Below, in pieces: positions 47,746 to 56,856 of a stretch of 64,000 nucleotides of DNA. The position numbers and the translations under genes were made by a program. How positions within the stretch are numbered: the stretch's first letter is position 1; the number at the start of each line of letters is the position of its first letter. Source of the stretch: Minisyncoccota bacterium (GTDB taxonomy: Bacteria; Patescibacteriota; Minisyncoccia; UBA6257; 2-01-FULL-56-20); the NCBI GenBank assembly GCA_041664245.1, contig JBAYLC010000004.1:16932-80931 (forward strand), read 5' to 3'. A model generated the notes under the pieces. That model made no database searches. It was not told where the DNA came from and saw nothing but the letters and a program-made list of their open reading frames with translations.

Positions 47746-49860
47746 TCATTCCTTGTCCCCTTCTCCCAGCTGCTTAATCGACAGGCCGATATGCCCGTCT
47801 GTATCCACCCTGATAATCTTTGCTCTAACAAAGTCTCCCGCCTTTACCACATCCGAAACATTCTTCACAAAACCGTCCTTCAATTCCGAAACATGGACCA
47901 TTCCGTCTTTTCCGCCGCCCAAGTCAACAATCGCTCCAAAATCCAAAAGCTTTATAACTTTTCCCTCGATAATTTCTCCAGCTTTATACTCCTTCGTTAA
48001 CGCCCCTATTTCCAAAAGAGCAGTCTCTACTTTTTCATAAGAATCAGCCGAGACAAAAACCCGTCCGTCTTCTTCGATATCAATGCTCGTCAAGCCAAAT
48101 CGCTCAATCATTCCATTGATCGTCTTTCCGCCGGGCCCGATTACTAGTCCTATCTTATCTGGATTAATCGTAATTTTAGATATAATCGGCGCATACTTGG
48201 ATAATTTTTCCCTCGGCTTCTCCAAAACCGTTTTAATAAATTTCAAAATATGGAGCCGGGCTTTTTTTGTTTGCTCGAGCGCTTTCTCTAAAATTTCCAA
48301 AGAAAGGCCATCCACCTTAACGTCCATTTGGATTGCCGTAATTCCATCTTCTGTTCCGGCCACTTTTAAATCCATATCGCCGTGATGATCTTCCGGTCCC
48401 TGGATGTCGGTCAAAACTTTGTAATTGCCCTTTTCGTCCATCATCAACCCCATCGCGATTCCCGCCGCCGGTTTTTTTATCGGCACGCCTGCTTCCATCA
48501 AAGACAAAGATGAAGCGCAAACCGTTGCCATCGAAGACGACCCGTTAGAAGACAAAATTTCCGAAACCACCCGAATGGTGTAAGGAAAATCGTCTTTTGA
48601 AGGAATGAGCGGCAAAAGCGCTTTTTCTGCTAGGGCGCCATGGCCGATTTCTCGCCGTCCCGGTCCGCGGAAAGATCCTATCTCGCCAACCGAATAAGGC
48701 GGAAAATTATAGTGGAGCATAAACCGGCGCTTGCCCGTGAGTTCCATCGTTTCGATTAATTGCTCGGCATTAGGCGGAGCTAAAGTTACTACTGCCAAAG
48801 ATTGCGTGTTGCCGCGCTGAAAAAGCGCTGAACCGTGAGTCCGCGCAAAAAGCCCCACCTCGCCGGAAAGCTCTCGCACCTCATCAAGCGCCCGTCCGTC
48901 CGGCCGCTTTTCTTTTTCTAGGATATTTTTATGGACCAATTTATCAATCGCCTCGTCAAAAAGAAAATCAATTGCTTTAAAATTAATTATTTTCCCGTCT
49001 GTTTCAAAATTTTCTTTTGCATAAGCCACTAACTCCGCTTTCAACGCTCCTAAATTTTTATGGAACTCGGCTTTATTGGGATGGTAAACCGCCGCCTCTA
49101 ATCTTGTTGATAAAAATTTTTCTACGCCGGCTCTGATTTCTGGATCAATTTCCGCCATCGCTACTTCCTCTTTCGGCTTGCCCACCTCCTTGATAATATT
49201 CTTTTGAAAATTAATAAGCTTATTAATTTCTTCTTTGGCGATTCCAAAAGCCTCGAGCACCTCTTTCTCTTGAGCTTCGTTGCCACCGAGTTCAATCATA
49301 TTAATTTTATCTTCCGATCCAGACACAAAAGTTTCAAAAACTGTTTCCGATCCTAAAAGTTCCGAACGGTTTGGATTAATCACGTACTTGCCTCCAATTT
49401 TTGCCACTCTCACTCCGCTAACCGGCCCGCTCCATGGCACCTCGGAAATTCCTAAGGCTGCCGAAGCGCCTAATAGTCCGACAAAGTCCGGGTCATTTTC
49501 TTCGTCAATCGCCAAAACTGTCACCACCACCTGAATTTCCCGTCTGATTCTATTATCAAAAAGCGGGCGGATTGTTCGGTCAACCAATCGGCCAGAAAGG
49601 ATTGCCTCTTCCGACGGTCGTCCCTCTCGGCGGATGAATCGGCTGCCAATAATTTTTCCCGCCGCATAAAATCTTTCTTCGTAATCAACTTTGAGCGGCA
49701 TATAGTCGAGATTAACGTCGTTTTTTGACATCACCACCGTGACCAAAACCACCGTCTCGCCATATTTAGCTAAAACCGCCGAGTTGGCTTGCTCGGCTAA
49801 ATGTGAAACTTCTAAAACTAATTCTTTTCCTCCTACTTGGGTTTTAAATTCTTTTTTCAT
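47746..49860 (-). CDS. pnp: Polyribonucleotide nucleotidyltransferase (PNPase)
   Basis: Two RNase PH domains, KH (KINPDKIGLVIGPGGKTIN) and S1 (GKVIKLLDFGAIVDLGGGKDGMVHVSEL) domains. Confidence 0.95.
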   Translation of the reverse strand: MKKEFKTQVGGKELVLEVSHLAEQANSAVLAKYGETVVLVTVVMSKNDVNLDYMPLKVDYEERFYAAGKIIGSRFIRREGRPSEEAILSGRLVDRTIRPLFDNRIRREIQVVVTVLAIDEENDPDFVGLLGASAALGISEVPWSGPVSGVRVAKIGGKYVINPNRSELLGSETVFETFVSGSEDKINMIELGGNEAQEKEVLEAFGIAKEEINKLINFQKNIIKEVGKPKEEVAMAEIDPEIRAGVEKFLSTRLEAAVYHPNKAEFHKNLGALKAELVAYAKENFETDGKIINFKAIDFLFDEAIDKLVHKNILEKEKRPDGRALDEVRELSGEVGLFARTHGSALFQRGNTQSLAVVTLAPPNAEQLIETMELTGKRRFMLHYNFPPYSVGEIGSFRGPGRREIGHGALAEKALLPLIPSKDDFPYTIRVVSEILSSNGSSSMATVCASSLSLMEAGVPIKKPAAGIAMGLMMDEKGNYKVLTDIQGPEDHHGDMDLKVAGTEDGITAIQMDVKVDGLSLEILEKALEQTKKARLHILKFIKTVLEKPREKLSKYAPIISKITINPDKIGLVIGPGGKTINGMIERFGLTSIDIEEDGRVFVSADSYEKVETALLEIGALTKEYKAGEIIEGKVIKLLDFGAIVDLGGGKDGMVHVSELKDGFVKNVSDVVKAGDFVRAKIIRVDTDGHIGLSIKQLGEGDKE

Positions 49861-49921
49861 AAATTTTTTAATCTCTATTTGTATTTCATTTTCTCTATTC
49901 TCTATTCCGTATTCTATTTTT

Positions 49922-50476
49922 CTACCTTCTCAAAATCGCCCGCGGTATCTCTTCAATATTTATAAATCGATCAGCAACTTCTTGAATTTTAGAAGAAGCG
50001 CTCCGTCTAAAAGCAGCCACTTCTACCAATCTTCCCATTCCCCATTTTAAATAATCAACCAGCGGAATAAAATCACCATCGCCGGTGACTAAAATCACCA
50101 CATCCAAAAAACTTGCCATCCTTATCGCGTCCACCGCCATCCCCACATCCCAATCGGCTTTTTTAAGTCCATCGGCATAAATTTGTAAATCCTTCACCCG
50201 CAGCTCTAACCCAGACTTTTCCAAAGCTTCAAAAAAAGCCGCCTCCGGCGTCGCCACCGAGCTACCTCTCGATTCTGGCCGAGGAGTCTCAATCACCGTA
50301 TCGCTTTTGACCACATAGGCCATTGACCGGATCAATTGCCGTCCGCCCACTAAATTTTTTATCAATTCCGGGTAATTAACCCGGGCGTGATACAAATTCT
50401 TTGCCGAATGGTAAAGATTTTGAACATCAATAAAAATTCCAACTCGCTGATTATAAAAATTACTTGTCGCCTTCAT
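49922..50476 (-). CDS. NYN/LabA-like (PIN-like) nuclease domain protein
   Basis: VGIFIDVQNLY and VILVTGDGDFIPLV motifs are typical of NYN/YacP-like domains. Confidence 0.55.
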   Translation of the reverse strand: MKATSNFYNQRVGIFIDVQNLYHSAKNLYHARVNYPELIKNLVGGRQLIRSMAYVVKSDTVIETPRPESRGSSVATPEAAFFEALEKSGLELRVKDLQIYADGLKKADWDVGMAVDAIRMASFLDVVILVTGDGDFIPLVDYLKWGMGRLVEVAAFRRSASSKIQEVADRFINIEEIPRAILRR

Positions 50477-50515
50477 TCTTATTATTCCTCGTTCTTTATT
50501 CTGTATTCCAAAACC

Positions 50516-50782
50516 CTACTTCTTAAGCCCAAGTTTTTTGATTAACTTCGTATAAGCTTCCGGCTCTTTCTTGCCGAGATAGCTCAAAAACTTCCTCCGT
50601 TGATTAACCATTTTCAGAAGACCTCTTCGTGAATGATTATCTTTGGGATTTTTTTTCAAATGCTTCGCTAATTCGTCAATCTGGCGGCTCAAAACCGCCA
50701 CCTGAACCTGTGCCGAACCAGTGTCTTTCTCGTGCTTCTTGTGCTCGCCAATTACTTTCGATTTAACTCGCTTTGTAAGCAT
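50516..50782 (-). CDS. rpsO: 30S ribosomal protein S15
   Basis: TGSAQVQVAVLSRQIDELAKHLKKNPKDNHSRRGLLKMVNQRRKFLSYL matches S15. Start reassigned to the Met at 50782 (MLTKRVKSK). Confidence 0.85.
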   Translation of the reverse strand: MLTKRVKSKVIGEHKKHEKDTGSAQVQVAVLSRQIDELAKHLKKNPKDNHSRRGLLKMVNQRRKFLSYLGKKEPEAYTKLIKKLGLKK

Positions 50783-50904
50783 TAGTAACCATTCTACCGT
50801 AACTGCCTCAAAAAAGCAACCGTAAGCCAGCAACCATAATCTGTCGCAAAATATTGTATAATTAAATCAAAATAATTCGCAATTTGTAGATTGGCATTAC
50901 CCAT

Positions 50905-51798
50905 ATGAACATAAACAACGCCCTCAATGACTATCTCAATTATCTCGAAATAGAAAAAAACCGTTCCCCTAAAACTCGCGAAAATTATAATCGCTATCTT
51001 TTAGAATTTCTTAAATTTGCCAAAATAAAATCCCCGGAAGATATCACCGAAGACATCGTCCGTAATTTTCGTGTTGCCCTCGCCCGAAAAAACATCAAAA
51101 AAATAACCCAAAGCTATTACGTCATTGCCCTCCGTAATTTTCTAAAATATCTCATTAAAAGAAATCTCGAAGTTCTCGCTCCGGACAAAATCGAACTTCC
51201 CAAAGTTTCCCGCCGCCAAATCGAGATTTTAGAATACCAAGACCTTGAACGGCTCATCTCCTCTCCTTCCGGCTCCGACCTTAAATCTCTCCGCGACCGG
51301 GCTATCTTAGAAACTTTTTTCTCAACCGGACTTCGACTCTCCGAACTTTGCGCTCTTGATCGCTTTCTCGATCTAAATCGCGAAGAAATATCCGTCCGCG
51401 GCAAAGGCGAAAAAATCCGTGTTGTCTTTCTCTCCAAAACCGCCATCGCCGCTATTAAAAAATATTTAGAAAAAAGAAGCGACGCCGAACAGGCTTTGTT
51501 TGTAAGTTTCACTAAAGCCAAAAATCCAAAAGTAATCGGCCGCATCACTCCCCGTGCCGTCGAACGCCTCGTGGCTTTCTACGGAAAAAAAGCCGGCATT
51601 CCAGCCAGCAAAATCAGTCCCCATAAAATCCGCCACCAGTTTGCCACCGATCTTCTTTTAAACGGCGCCGACCTTCGTTCGGTTCAGGAAATGCTCGGCC
51701 ACGCCAATATCTCTACCACTCAAATTTACACTCACCTCACCAATAAAGAGCTAAAAGAAATTCATTCGGCTTTTCACGCTCGCCGCCGGAAAAAATAA
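50905..51798 (+). CDS. Tyrosine recombinase XerC/XerD-like
   Basis: 297 aa with RHQFAT, LGHANISTTQIYTH (catalytic Tyr) and an N-terminal SAM-like domain. The size fits the Xer family rather than phage integrases. Confidence 0.8.
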   Translation: MNINNALNDYLNYLEIEKNRSPKTRENYNRYLLEFLKFAKIKSPEDITEDIVRNFRVALARKNIKKITQSYYVIALRNFLKYLIKRNLEVLAPDKIELPKVSRRQIEILEYQDLERLISSPSGSDLKSLRDRAILETFFSTGLRLSELCALDRFLDLNREEISVRGKGEKIRVVFLSKTAIAAIKKYLEKRSDAEQALFVSFTKAKNPKVIGRITPRAVERLVAFYGKKAGIPASKISPHKIRHQFATDLLLNGADLRSVQEMLGHANISTTQIYTHLTNKELKEIHSAFHARRRKK

Positions 51799-52913
51799 TT
51801 TCTAACATCTTTAACCCCCCCTGTCATATATTTCAAAAAACCTCGATAATCTTCTTGAATATAATCGATAATTCTAAGCGGCGGCCCGCCTTTATAGTAT
51901 TTTTTCTCTAAGGCCAAAAGCATTTCTGTAACCGCTATCGCCAAAATAGCCACCACCAGGCCAGCGAAAATATCCACGGCGTAATGTTCGCCCGTATAAA
52001 CCGCCCCGATCATCTGGAAAATCATCCACGGCGCCAAAAATAACAAAAGTGGCGGCCAAAGCTTGGCGCCGTAATACAAGACTCCCGTTCCCCAGCCCGC
52101 GTGCATACTCGGTATCGTTGTCAGGTCTAGATAACTATTCGCCTGGTTTTGATATCCATCCACTTGCTCCAAAAAACCCAAGAGTTTTTCGTTCGGCTGA
52201 AAATCTTTCGCCGCCATCGAAATTCTATTCGGCAATTTCGCCCCAATCGAATTTCTAATATACATGTTATAAGGCGAGAGCGCCGGCAATGCATACCAGA
52301 TTGGAAAACTGATAATCTGGCTCACAAAGAAAAATAAAATAAATTTCCGGGCGATCGCTTTTTTAAAAAATATAAAGACGAGCAAAAAAACCGGCAAAAT
52401 GATTGATAGCCAGTTATAAGCCCACAAAAAAATTGCGCTCCAAAATCCTCCAATCGCGCTCAAAGAAAAAAACGGATATTCTCCAAAAATCGAAAAATCC
52501 AAATTCATTAAAAAATTACTAGTTGAAGCAATTCTCTCGATTTGACTGGAGTTAGAAAGATTGCTCACCAAAACCGCCGACAGGAACGACCCCAAGGCTA
52601 GAATCAATAAAAAAAACAACTGACTTTTTGCAAGCTTTAGTACTCGCTTCCCCGTCTCTTTTTTATTCGTTTCGTGAAGAAAAAATCCCTTGCCTAAAAC
52701 AATTAAAATTTTTGCCAAAAAATATAAATTAATTAACGAAAGCGCGATAATCAAAAAACTGCCGCCGAACAAAAAATAATAAATTAGAGTGCTGAGATAC
52801 CTTCCCGAAAAAAGCGCGCTCGCGTGGCCAGAAAAAATAAAAATCCCTGCCGTCAAAATCGGCAGCCCAATCAAAACATAAACTTCTATCGGCCAATTCT
52901 TAAATAATTTCAT
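51774..52913 (-). CDS. Polytopic membrane protein with PAP2-like motifs
   Basis: PSMHAGWG and GEHYAVDIFAGLV (H...D) near the C-terminus. About 9 TM helices. Confidence 0.4.
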   Translation of the reverse strand: MKLFKNWPIEVYVLIGLPILTAGIFIFSGHASALFSGRYLSTLIYYFLFGGSFLIIALSLINLYFLAKILIVLGKGFFLHETNKKETGKRVLKLAKSQLFFLLILALGSFLSAVLVSNLSNSSQIERIASTSNFLMNLDFSIFGEYPFFSLSAIGGFWSAIFLWAYNWLSIILPVFLLVFIFFKKAIARKFILFFFVSQIISFPIWYALPALSPYNMYIRNSIGAKLPNRISMAAKDFQPNEKLLGFLEQVDGYQNQANSYLDLTTIPSMHAGWGTGVLYYGAKLWPPLLLFLAPWMIFQMIGAVYTGEHYAVDIFAGLVVAILAIAVTEMLLALEKKYYKGGPPLRIIDYIQEDYRGFLKYMTGGVKDVRNYFFRRRA

Positions 52914-52918
52914 AAAAG

Positions 52919-53001
52919 TGCTCCCGAGAGGATTTGAACCTCTAACCCTTTTGGGGACAGCGTCCTAAGCGCTGCGCGTATGCCAATTCCGCCACGGGAG
53001 C
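52919..53001 (-). tRNA. tRNA-Leu (anticodon TAG)
   Basis: Minus-strand GCTCCCGTGGCGGAATTGGCATACGCGCAGCGCTTAGGACGCTGTCCCCAAAAGGGTTAGAGGTTCAAATCCTCTCGGGAGCA. Anticodon loop CTTAGGA; long variable arm. Confidence 0.85.
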
Positions 53002-53107
53002 AAAAATCAATTGATTCCTAAAACCTATCATTTCAAACCTATATTTATCAACTAAAAACCCTTATAAAATAAGGCTTCTCAGGCCATTATATCCCATCCT
53101 TCCATAT

Positions 53108-53136
53108 TTGACAAATCGCAAATTCTATGCTAGAAT
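53108..53136 (+). promoter_or_regulatory. Near-consensus sigma70 promoter (TTGACA-17-TAGAAT) for the 53216..55323 operon
   Basis: atTTGACAaatcgcaaattctatgcTAGAATatatcc, with purine-rich RBS agaaagagagaaaaaa before the ATG at 53216. Confidence 0.55.
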
Positions 53137-53215
53137 ATATCCATAAACTTCAATAGTGTTAATTGAGGTTTTAGCAATTTGAAAATTGAAAATAATCATA
53201 GAAAGAGAGAAAAAA

Positions 53216-53821
53216 ATGCCTACTATTAGTTTCCAACCGAACCCAGGAAATTCGAGGTTGAGTTTGGATCTAACCGAACCAAACAAGACCGAAGAATTAT
53301 GGGAAATCACCGTCACTGCTATTGTTTCCGACGATGGCAAGCCGGCACCAGGAATACAAGTTCAGCTCTACCATAATGGTCGAGCTATCGATTCTCCCTA
53401 TCTCACCGATGGAGAAGGAAGAACCGAGCCAAGAACCTTTTCTGATCTTGAAAAAGGTACTCACACCTTTGAAGCCATAATAGTCAGCACGAGCATTAAG
53501 GCTCGCCGAACTGTTAAACTCAAAGATGAAAGGCCAAAAAAACCGGCAAAGCTCATCGTCGATAGAGAATATGCGGGAGGCAGCAATGATAAGGTAATTG
53601 TCTTCTGCACCGTCTTAACCGACGATAACGTTCCGGTTAAAGGAATCGATATCAGAATCCTTGGGCTAACTAACCCGACATTAGCGACAACCGACAAAAG
53701 CGGCGTCGCCACCATGAAGATTAAACTGGAGAAAAATCACCGTGTGGTCGTCTTCATAGTAAAAGGAAGTCCAATTCAAAAAAGAATCCATCTATTCAGA
53801 AAGACAGGAAAAACATCATGA
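53216..53821 (+). CDS. Protein with two prealbumin-like (CarboxypepD_reg / Cna-B-like) beta-sandwich domains
   Basis: VTAIVSDDGKPAPGIQVQLYHNGRAIDSPYLTDGEGRTEPRTF and VIVFCTVLTDDNVPVKGIDIRILGLTNPTLATTDKSGVATMKI fit the D..G.P..G..V.L...TD..G motif. The track ORF begins at a TTG (53186); the ATG at 53216 is preferred. The stop overlaps the next gene's start. Confidence 0.4.
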   Translation: MPTISFQPNPGNSRLSLDLTEPNKTEELWEITVTAIVSDDGKPAPGIQVQLYHNGRAIDSPYLTDGEGRTEPRTFSDLEKGTHTFEAIIVSTSIKARRTVKLKDERPKKPAKLIVDREYAGGSNDKVIVFCTVLTDDNVPVKGIDIRILGLTNPTLATTDKSGVATMKIKLEKNHRVVVFIVKGSPIQKRIHLFRKTGKTS

Positions 53822-55323
53822 GTGTTAAATCATTTTTTGTTGGTTTGGCTGGCGATCTAGGCCTTGATTTCTTGGTCCATTCATGGCTGACCAAGCATGG
53901 GGCCGATGCCTTCCAGCATGTCGTTGAAAAGGTCACCGACGATGTTCGTGTCGAAGTGCTTTCTTACATCCAAAGTCTTCCCGACGAAGAAGCCAGAAAA
54001 AACTGGTGGAGACGTTACAAAAAGACAAATAGAAGTGGAGAGCCAATCGATACTGAAAATCGATTTATGAACCTTGCTTCGCGGATCTACCTTGCTCTTA
54101 AAGATGATCCCGATGAGCTTGAGGGGATGTTCATCCTTCTCGGCCGAATGAGCGATAATGATTTTGAAGAGTCGCTGAAAGCCGTCGAAAACGACAGCGT
54201 CAAAGTTTTCTTCAAAAAAGTGGGCGAAGCCTTCAAAAAATTCGCCCAACCAATCACCGACTCCCTAAACTCTCTCAGTACTAATCTGAAAAAAAGAAAC
54301 AACTCCAACAGAAGGAGAAAAGGCTACAAATACCAACGTAGCCGCAAGCCAGCATCAGGACTTTTCGGTTCTATTTTGGAAACAATCCGAGAAATCGGCC
54401 GGGAAATAATTTACGATGCGGCCGAACTCTCCCATCTTACCACTTGGGTATCGCGTCATGATCGCTCGGCCTTAGAAGTCTACCTCCGTAATCTAGCGGT
54501 AATCGCCGGCTTCATCATTCTTTTCCCGTTTGTCCCATTGATTATTAGAACATTGGGCGGACCGGGATGGATAGTTTCTTTTGCCGGGCTTTTCCTCGCC
54601 CTGTGTACATTTTGGTTGGCTCTAATAGCTACCCCATTAGCGATTGTGCTAGGCGCAATCCAACACGGCATTAAGGGTACCGTATCCTTGATTAAAGACG
54701 GCCCGGGAGACCTGGGGAAACGGTATGTACATTTTGTACTATGGTTCTTCTTGATTGAAACCTTCGCCTTTTTGAGCCTTTCGATCATCCCAATCTATAA
54801 CAATCCAAAACTCGTCCCGATTATTCTGTTGGCGGTGTTGGTCATTGTTACTGTCAACCTGATATTGGGAGTTGGAAACTGGTTCAAGAAATTTGCCCGG
54901 TTTTCATCGGTAGCCGTAGTCATTATCCTTATTCTCTCTCTCGTTTTTCCCCAAACAACCAATAGTCTTCTAAAGATCGAGGTTGACAAAGGAATAGCCG
55001 AGACCGTAGATACTATGAGAAATTCCTCAATCACCTCTACCGCCCAAGCTGCCCCCATCCCAAAGATAAAGAAAGTGGTGGCTAAAGCGAATCAGTGGTC
55101 GGACAAAGTTACCAATGACGATGTCCCGGCCAACTGGGAGCGTTGGATCTATTCCTCCGAAAAAACTCTAATTCGTTTTTCGGATGGGACAATCGGTCCC
55201 GCGCTAGGCAGTTATGGAGTAAGACCAGGTGCTGTTGATTTTATGTGTCCCACAGGAGAGGACACTGTAACAGTCCTGTTTCTTCAGAAAGGCATTGCCC
55301 CGCCTTCGGAAGCACCTAAATAA
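53818..55323 (+). CDS. 501 aa polytopic membrane protein with a cytoplasmic N-terminal domain and an extracytoplasmic C-terminal domain; unknown family
   Basis: About 200 aa charged N-terminal domain, a cluster of about 6 TM helices (450-900 nt into the ORF), and a C-terminal soluble domain. Translationally coupled to the upstream gene. Confidence 0.45.
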   Translation: MSVKSFFVGLAGDLGLDFLVHSWLTKHGADAFQHVVEKVTDDVRVEVLSYIQSLPDEEARKNWWRRYKKTNRSGEPIDTENRFMNLASRIYLALKDDPDELEGMFILLGRMSDNDFEESLKAVENDSVKVFFKKVGEAFKKFAQPITDSLNSLSTNLKKRNNSNRRRKGYKYQRSRKPASGLFGSILETIREIGREIIYDAAELSHLTTWVSRHDRSALEVYLRNLAVIAGFIILFPFVPLIIRTLGGPGWIVSFAGLFLALCTFWLALIATPLAIVLGAIQHGIKGTVSLIKDGPGDLGKRYVHFVLWFFLIETFAFLSLSIIPIYNNPKLVPIILLAVLVIVTVNLILGVGNWFKKFARFSSVAVVIILILSLVFPQTTNSLLKIEVDKGIAETVDTMRNSSITSTAQAAPIPKIKKVVAKANQWSDKVTNDDVPANWERWIYSSEKTLIRFSDGTIGPALGSYGVRPGAVDFMCPTGEDTVTVLFLQKGIAPPSEAPK

Positions 55324-55344
55324 AGTGTGATTCTAAAAGGGTAA

Positions 55345-55392
55345 ACCAAAAACCCCTGGAGAAACTTCTCTCCAGGGGTCTTTTTTTATTTT
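55345..55392. terminator. Bidirectional intrinsic terminator between convergent genes
   Basis: CCCCTGGAGA-aacttc-TCTCCAGGGG perfect 10-bp stem, flanked by aaaaa on the left and tctttttttatttt on the right. Confidence 0.75.
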
Positions 55393-55400
55393 AATAAATA

Positions 55401-55841
55401 TTAACCGTTTATGTCTCCCAGCACATTATAATCACCATATGGAGTTCCTCCACCCCCGGGCGTCCCGCCAGAATCACCCGAAAGAAAATTCTCAACCAAT
55501 GCTGGCAATCCCCAGGCCATTAGTCCAATCGCCATTGCCACCACCGCATAAAGTAATTGCGTCTTCGCTTTTTTTACCCGTTCTGGATCAGCCGAAGAAC
55601 CGAGATAAAGAAACCCGGCGTAAAAGACTGCCATTATCGCCGCAATCCAGAATATCCTTGCCATCCAAGTGAGAATCGTTCCAGCTAAATTAACGATTCC
55701 GGAAACGCTGGTAATCGGCGCCGTAGGCGGCGGATCAAGCGCCAGCACTCCTGTAGGAAAAATAACCCACCCAGCAAGAAGCAGTAATACTAAAACCAAT
55801 CCGTATTTTTTGAAAAACTTTGCCAATTTATTTTTCATCAT
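55401..55841 (-). CDS. VirB2/TrbC-like secretion-pilin-type small membrane protein, paralog 3
   Basis: Signal peptide (MMKNKLAKFFKKYGLVLVLLLLAGWVIFPTGVLA), then helix-loop-helix: ILTWMARIFWIAAIMAVFYAGFLYLGSSADPERVKKAKTQLLYAVVAMAIGLMAWGL. Gly-rich tail. Start taken at the Met at 55841; the track's 55994 would read through the intergenic palindrome. Confidence 0.45.
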   Translation of the reverse strand: MMKNKLAKFFKKYGLVLVLLLLAGWVIFPTGVLALDPPPTAPITSVSGIVNLAGTILTWMARIFWIAAIMAVFYAGFLYLGSSADPERVKKAKTQLLYAVVAMAIGLMAWGLPALVENFLSGDSGGTPGGGGTPYGDYNVLGDING

Positions 55842-55885
55842 AAAAAAATCAATTCCCTTCAACCCGACTTCTAATTTTTCTTTAT

Positions 55886-55910
55886 CTTGGGCGGCTATAG
55901 CCGCCCAAGA
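55886..55910 (-). promoter_or_regulatory. Perfect 11-bp inverted repeat (stem-loop) between pilin-like paralogs 2 and 3
   Basis: TCTTGGGCGGC-tata-GCCGCCCAAGA, 14 nt after the stop of 55924..56328 and 45 nt before the start at 55841. No strong U-tract, so it looks like an mRNA processing or stability element or a partial terminator. Confidence 0.5.
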
Positions 55911-55923
55911 TAAATACTTATCA

Positions 55924-56328
55924 CTATTGTCCGCTAAGACCAGTGCCAACAAGCTTCGGAATACCATAAGCCATAAGTCCAATAACAATCGCAATTACGG
56001 CGTACAAAAGAGTGTGGCTCGCTTTCTTCACTTTTTCCGGATCGCCAGCCGCCGTAAGATAAAGAAACGCTGCCCAAAAGATAAACAAAATTGCCGCTAT
56101 CCAGAATATTCTTGCCACCCAAGTAAGAATGGTTCCAAACCAATCGATTGCTCCTCCAACGCTGCTCGGTCCGGGCGTCGTGCCAATGGGCGGATTAACT
56201 TGGGTTATATCCTGAGCCATCACTGCCACCGGTCCGGCAAAAATAACCATCAAAAAGATTATCGCGCCTACCTTTAATAAATTTTTCTGCATTATTCCTA
56301 TTTTTTCTTTCTTAATATACTTCCACAA
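55924..56328 (-). CDS. VirB2/TrbC-like secretion-pilin-type small membrane protein, paralog 2
   Basis: Signal peptide (MQKNLLKVGAIIFLMVIFAGPVAVMA), then ILTWVARIFWIAAILFIFWAAFLYLTAAGDPEKVKKASHTLLYAVIAIVIGLMAYGI. Confidence 0.45.
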   Translation of the reverse strand: MWKYIKKEKIGIMQKNLLKVGAIIFLMVIFAGPVAVMAQDITQVNPPIGTTPGPSSVGGAIDWFGTILTWVARIFWIAAILFIFWAAFLYLTAAGDPEKVKKASHTLLYAVIAIVIGLMAYGIPKLVGTGLSGQ

Positions 56329-56394
56329 ACAACAGTGTGGAAAAATCGACCTTTCAAAACATCTGCTTAATTATAAAAAATTATCACCTTATCA

Positions 56395-56835
56395 TCAACC
56401 CGTGCATTGCAGATTAAAAATACTGCAAACAATTGGCACCACCCCGCCGGCAATAAGTACTACCGCGAATCCAATCACCGCGTAAAGCAGGGTTTTTTTG
56501 CCACTTTTGAACTTCTCTGGGTTCCCAGCAGCTGTAAGTATTTGAAAAGCACCTATTATCACCATTATTCCCGTGAGTGGCACCGCGATCCAGAAAAGCG
56601 TGTTCATAATATTTTTAAACACGCAAGAAAAATTTGTGCAACCAATTGGGGTCGTTAGATTTATTGTAACGCTCCCCCCGGGCCCAGTATTACTATTCCC
56701 GGGGCCACCAGTATTACTGTTTCCTTGCGCCCAAACAGTCGTATAAAAACTCAAAACCACTACCACGCTTAGCACCAAACAAATACTTAATAAAACTTTT
56801 TTCATATTTCTAAAAATTATTTTCAACTTTACCAA
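56395..56835 (-). CDS. VirB2/TrbC-like secretion-pilin-type small membrane protein, paralog 1 (more divergent)
   Basis: Signal peptide (MKKVLLSICLVLSVVVVLSFYTTVWA), Cys pair (CTNFSC), then LFWIAVPLTGIMVIIGAFQILTAAGNPEKFKSGKKTLLYAVIGFAVVLIAGGV. Start possibly at the Met at 56805. Confidence 0.45.
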   Translation of the reverse strand: MVKLKIIFRNMKKVLLSICLVLSVVVVLSFYTTVWAQGNSNTGGPGNSNTGPGGSVTINLTTPIGCTNFSCVFKNIMNTLFWIAVPLTGIMVIIGAFQILTAAGNPEKFKSGKKTLLYAVIGFAVVLIAGGVVPIVCSIFNLQCTG

Positions 56836-56856
56836 CTCTAGAATTATAACATTTTC

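Noticed and set aside
50905-53001. Tyrosine recombinase next to tRNA-Leu(TAG) as a possible integrated mobile element
   Set aside because: The recombinase is Xer-sized (297 aa) with XerC/D motifs. The 3' end of the tRNA points toward housekeeping genes (PAP2-like, xer, rpsO, pnp). No direct repeat of the tRNA 3' end was found, so it is more likely the chromosomal dimer-resolution Xer.
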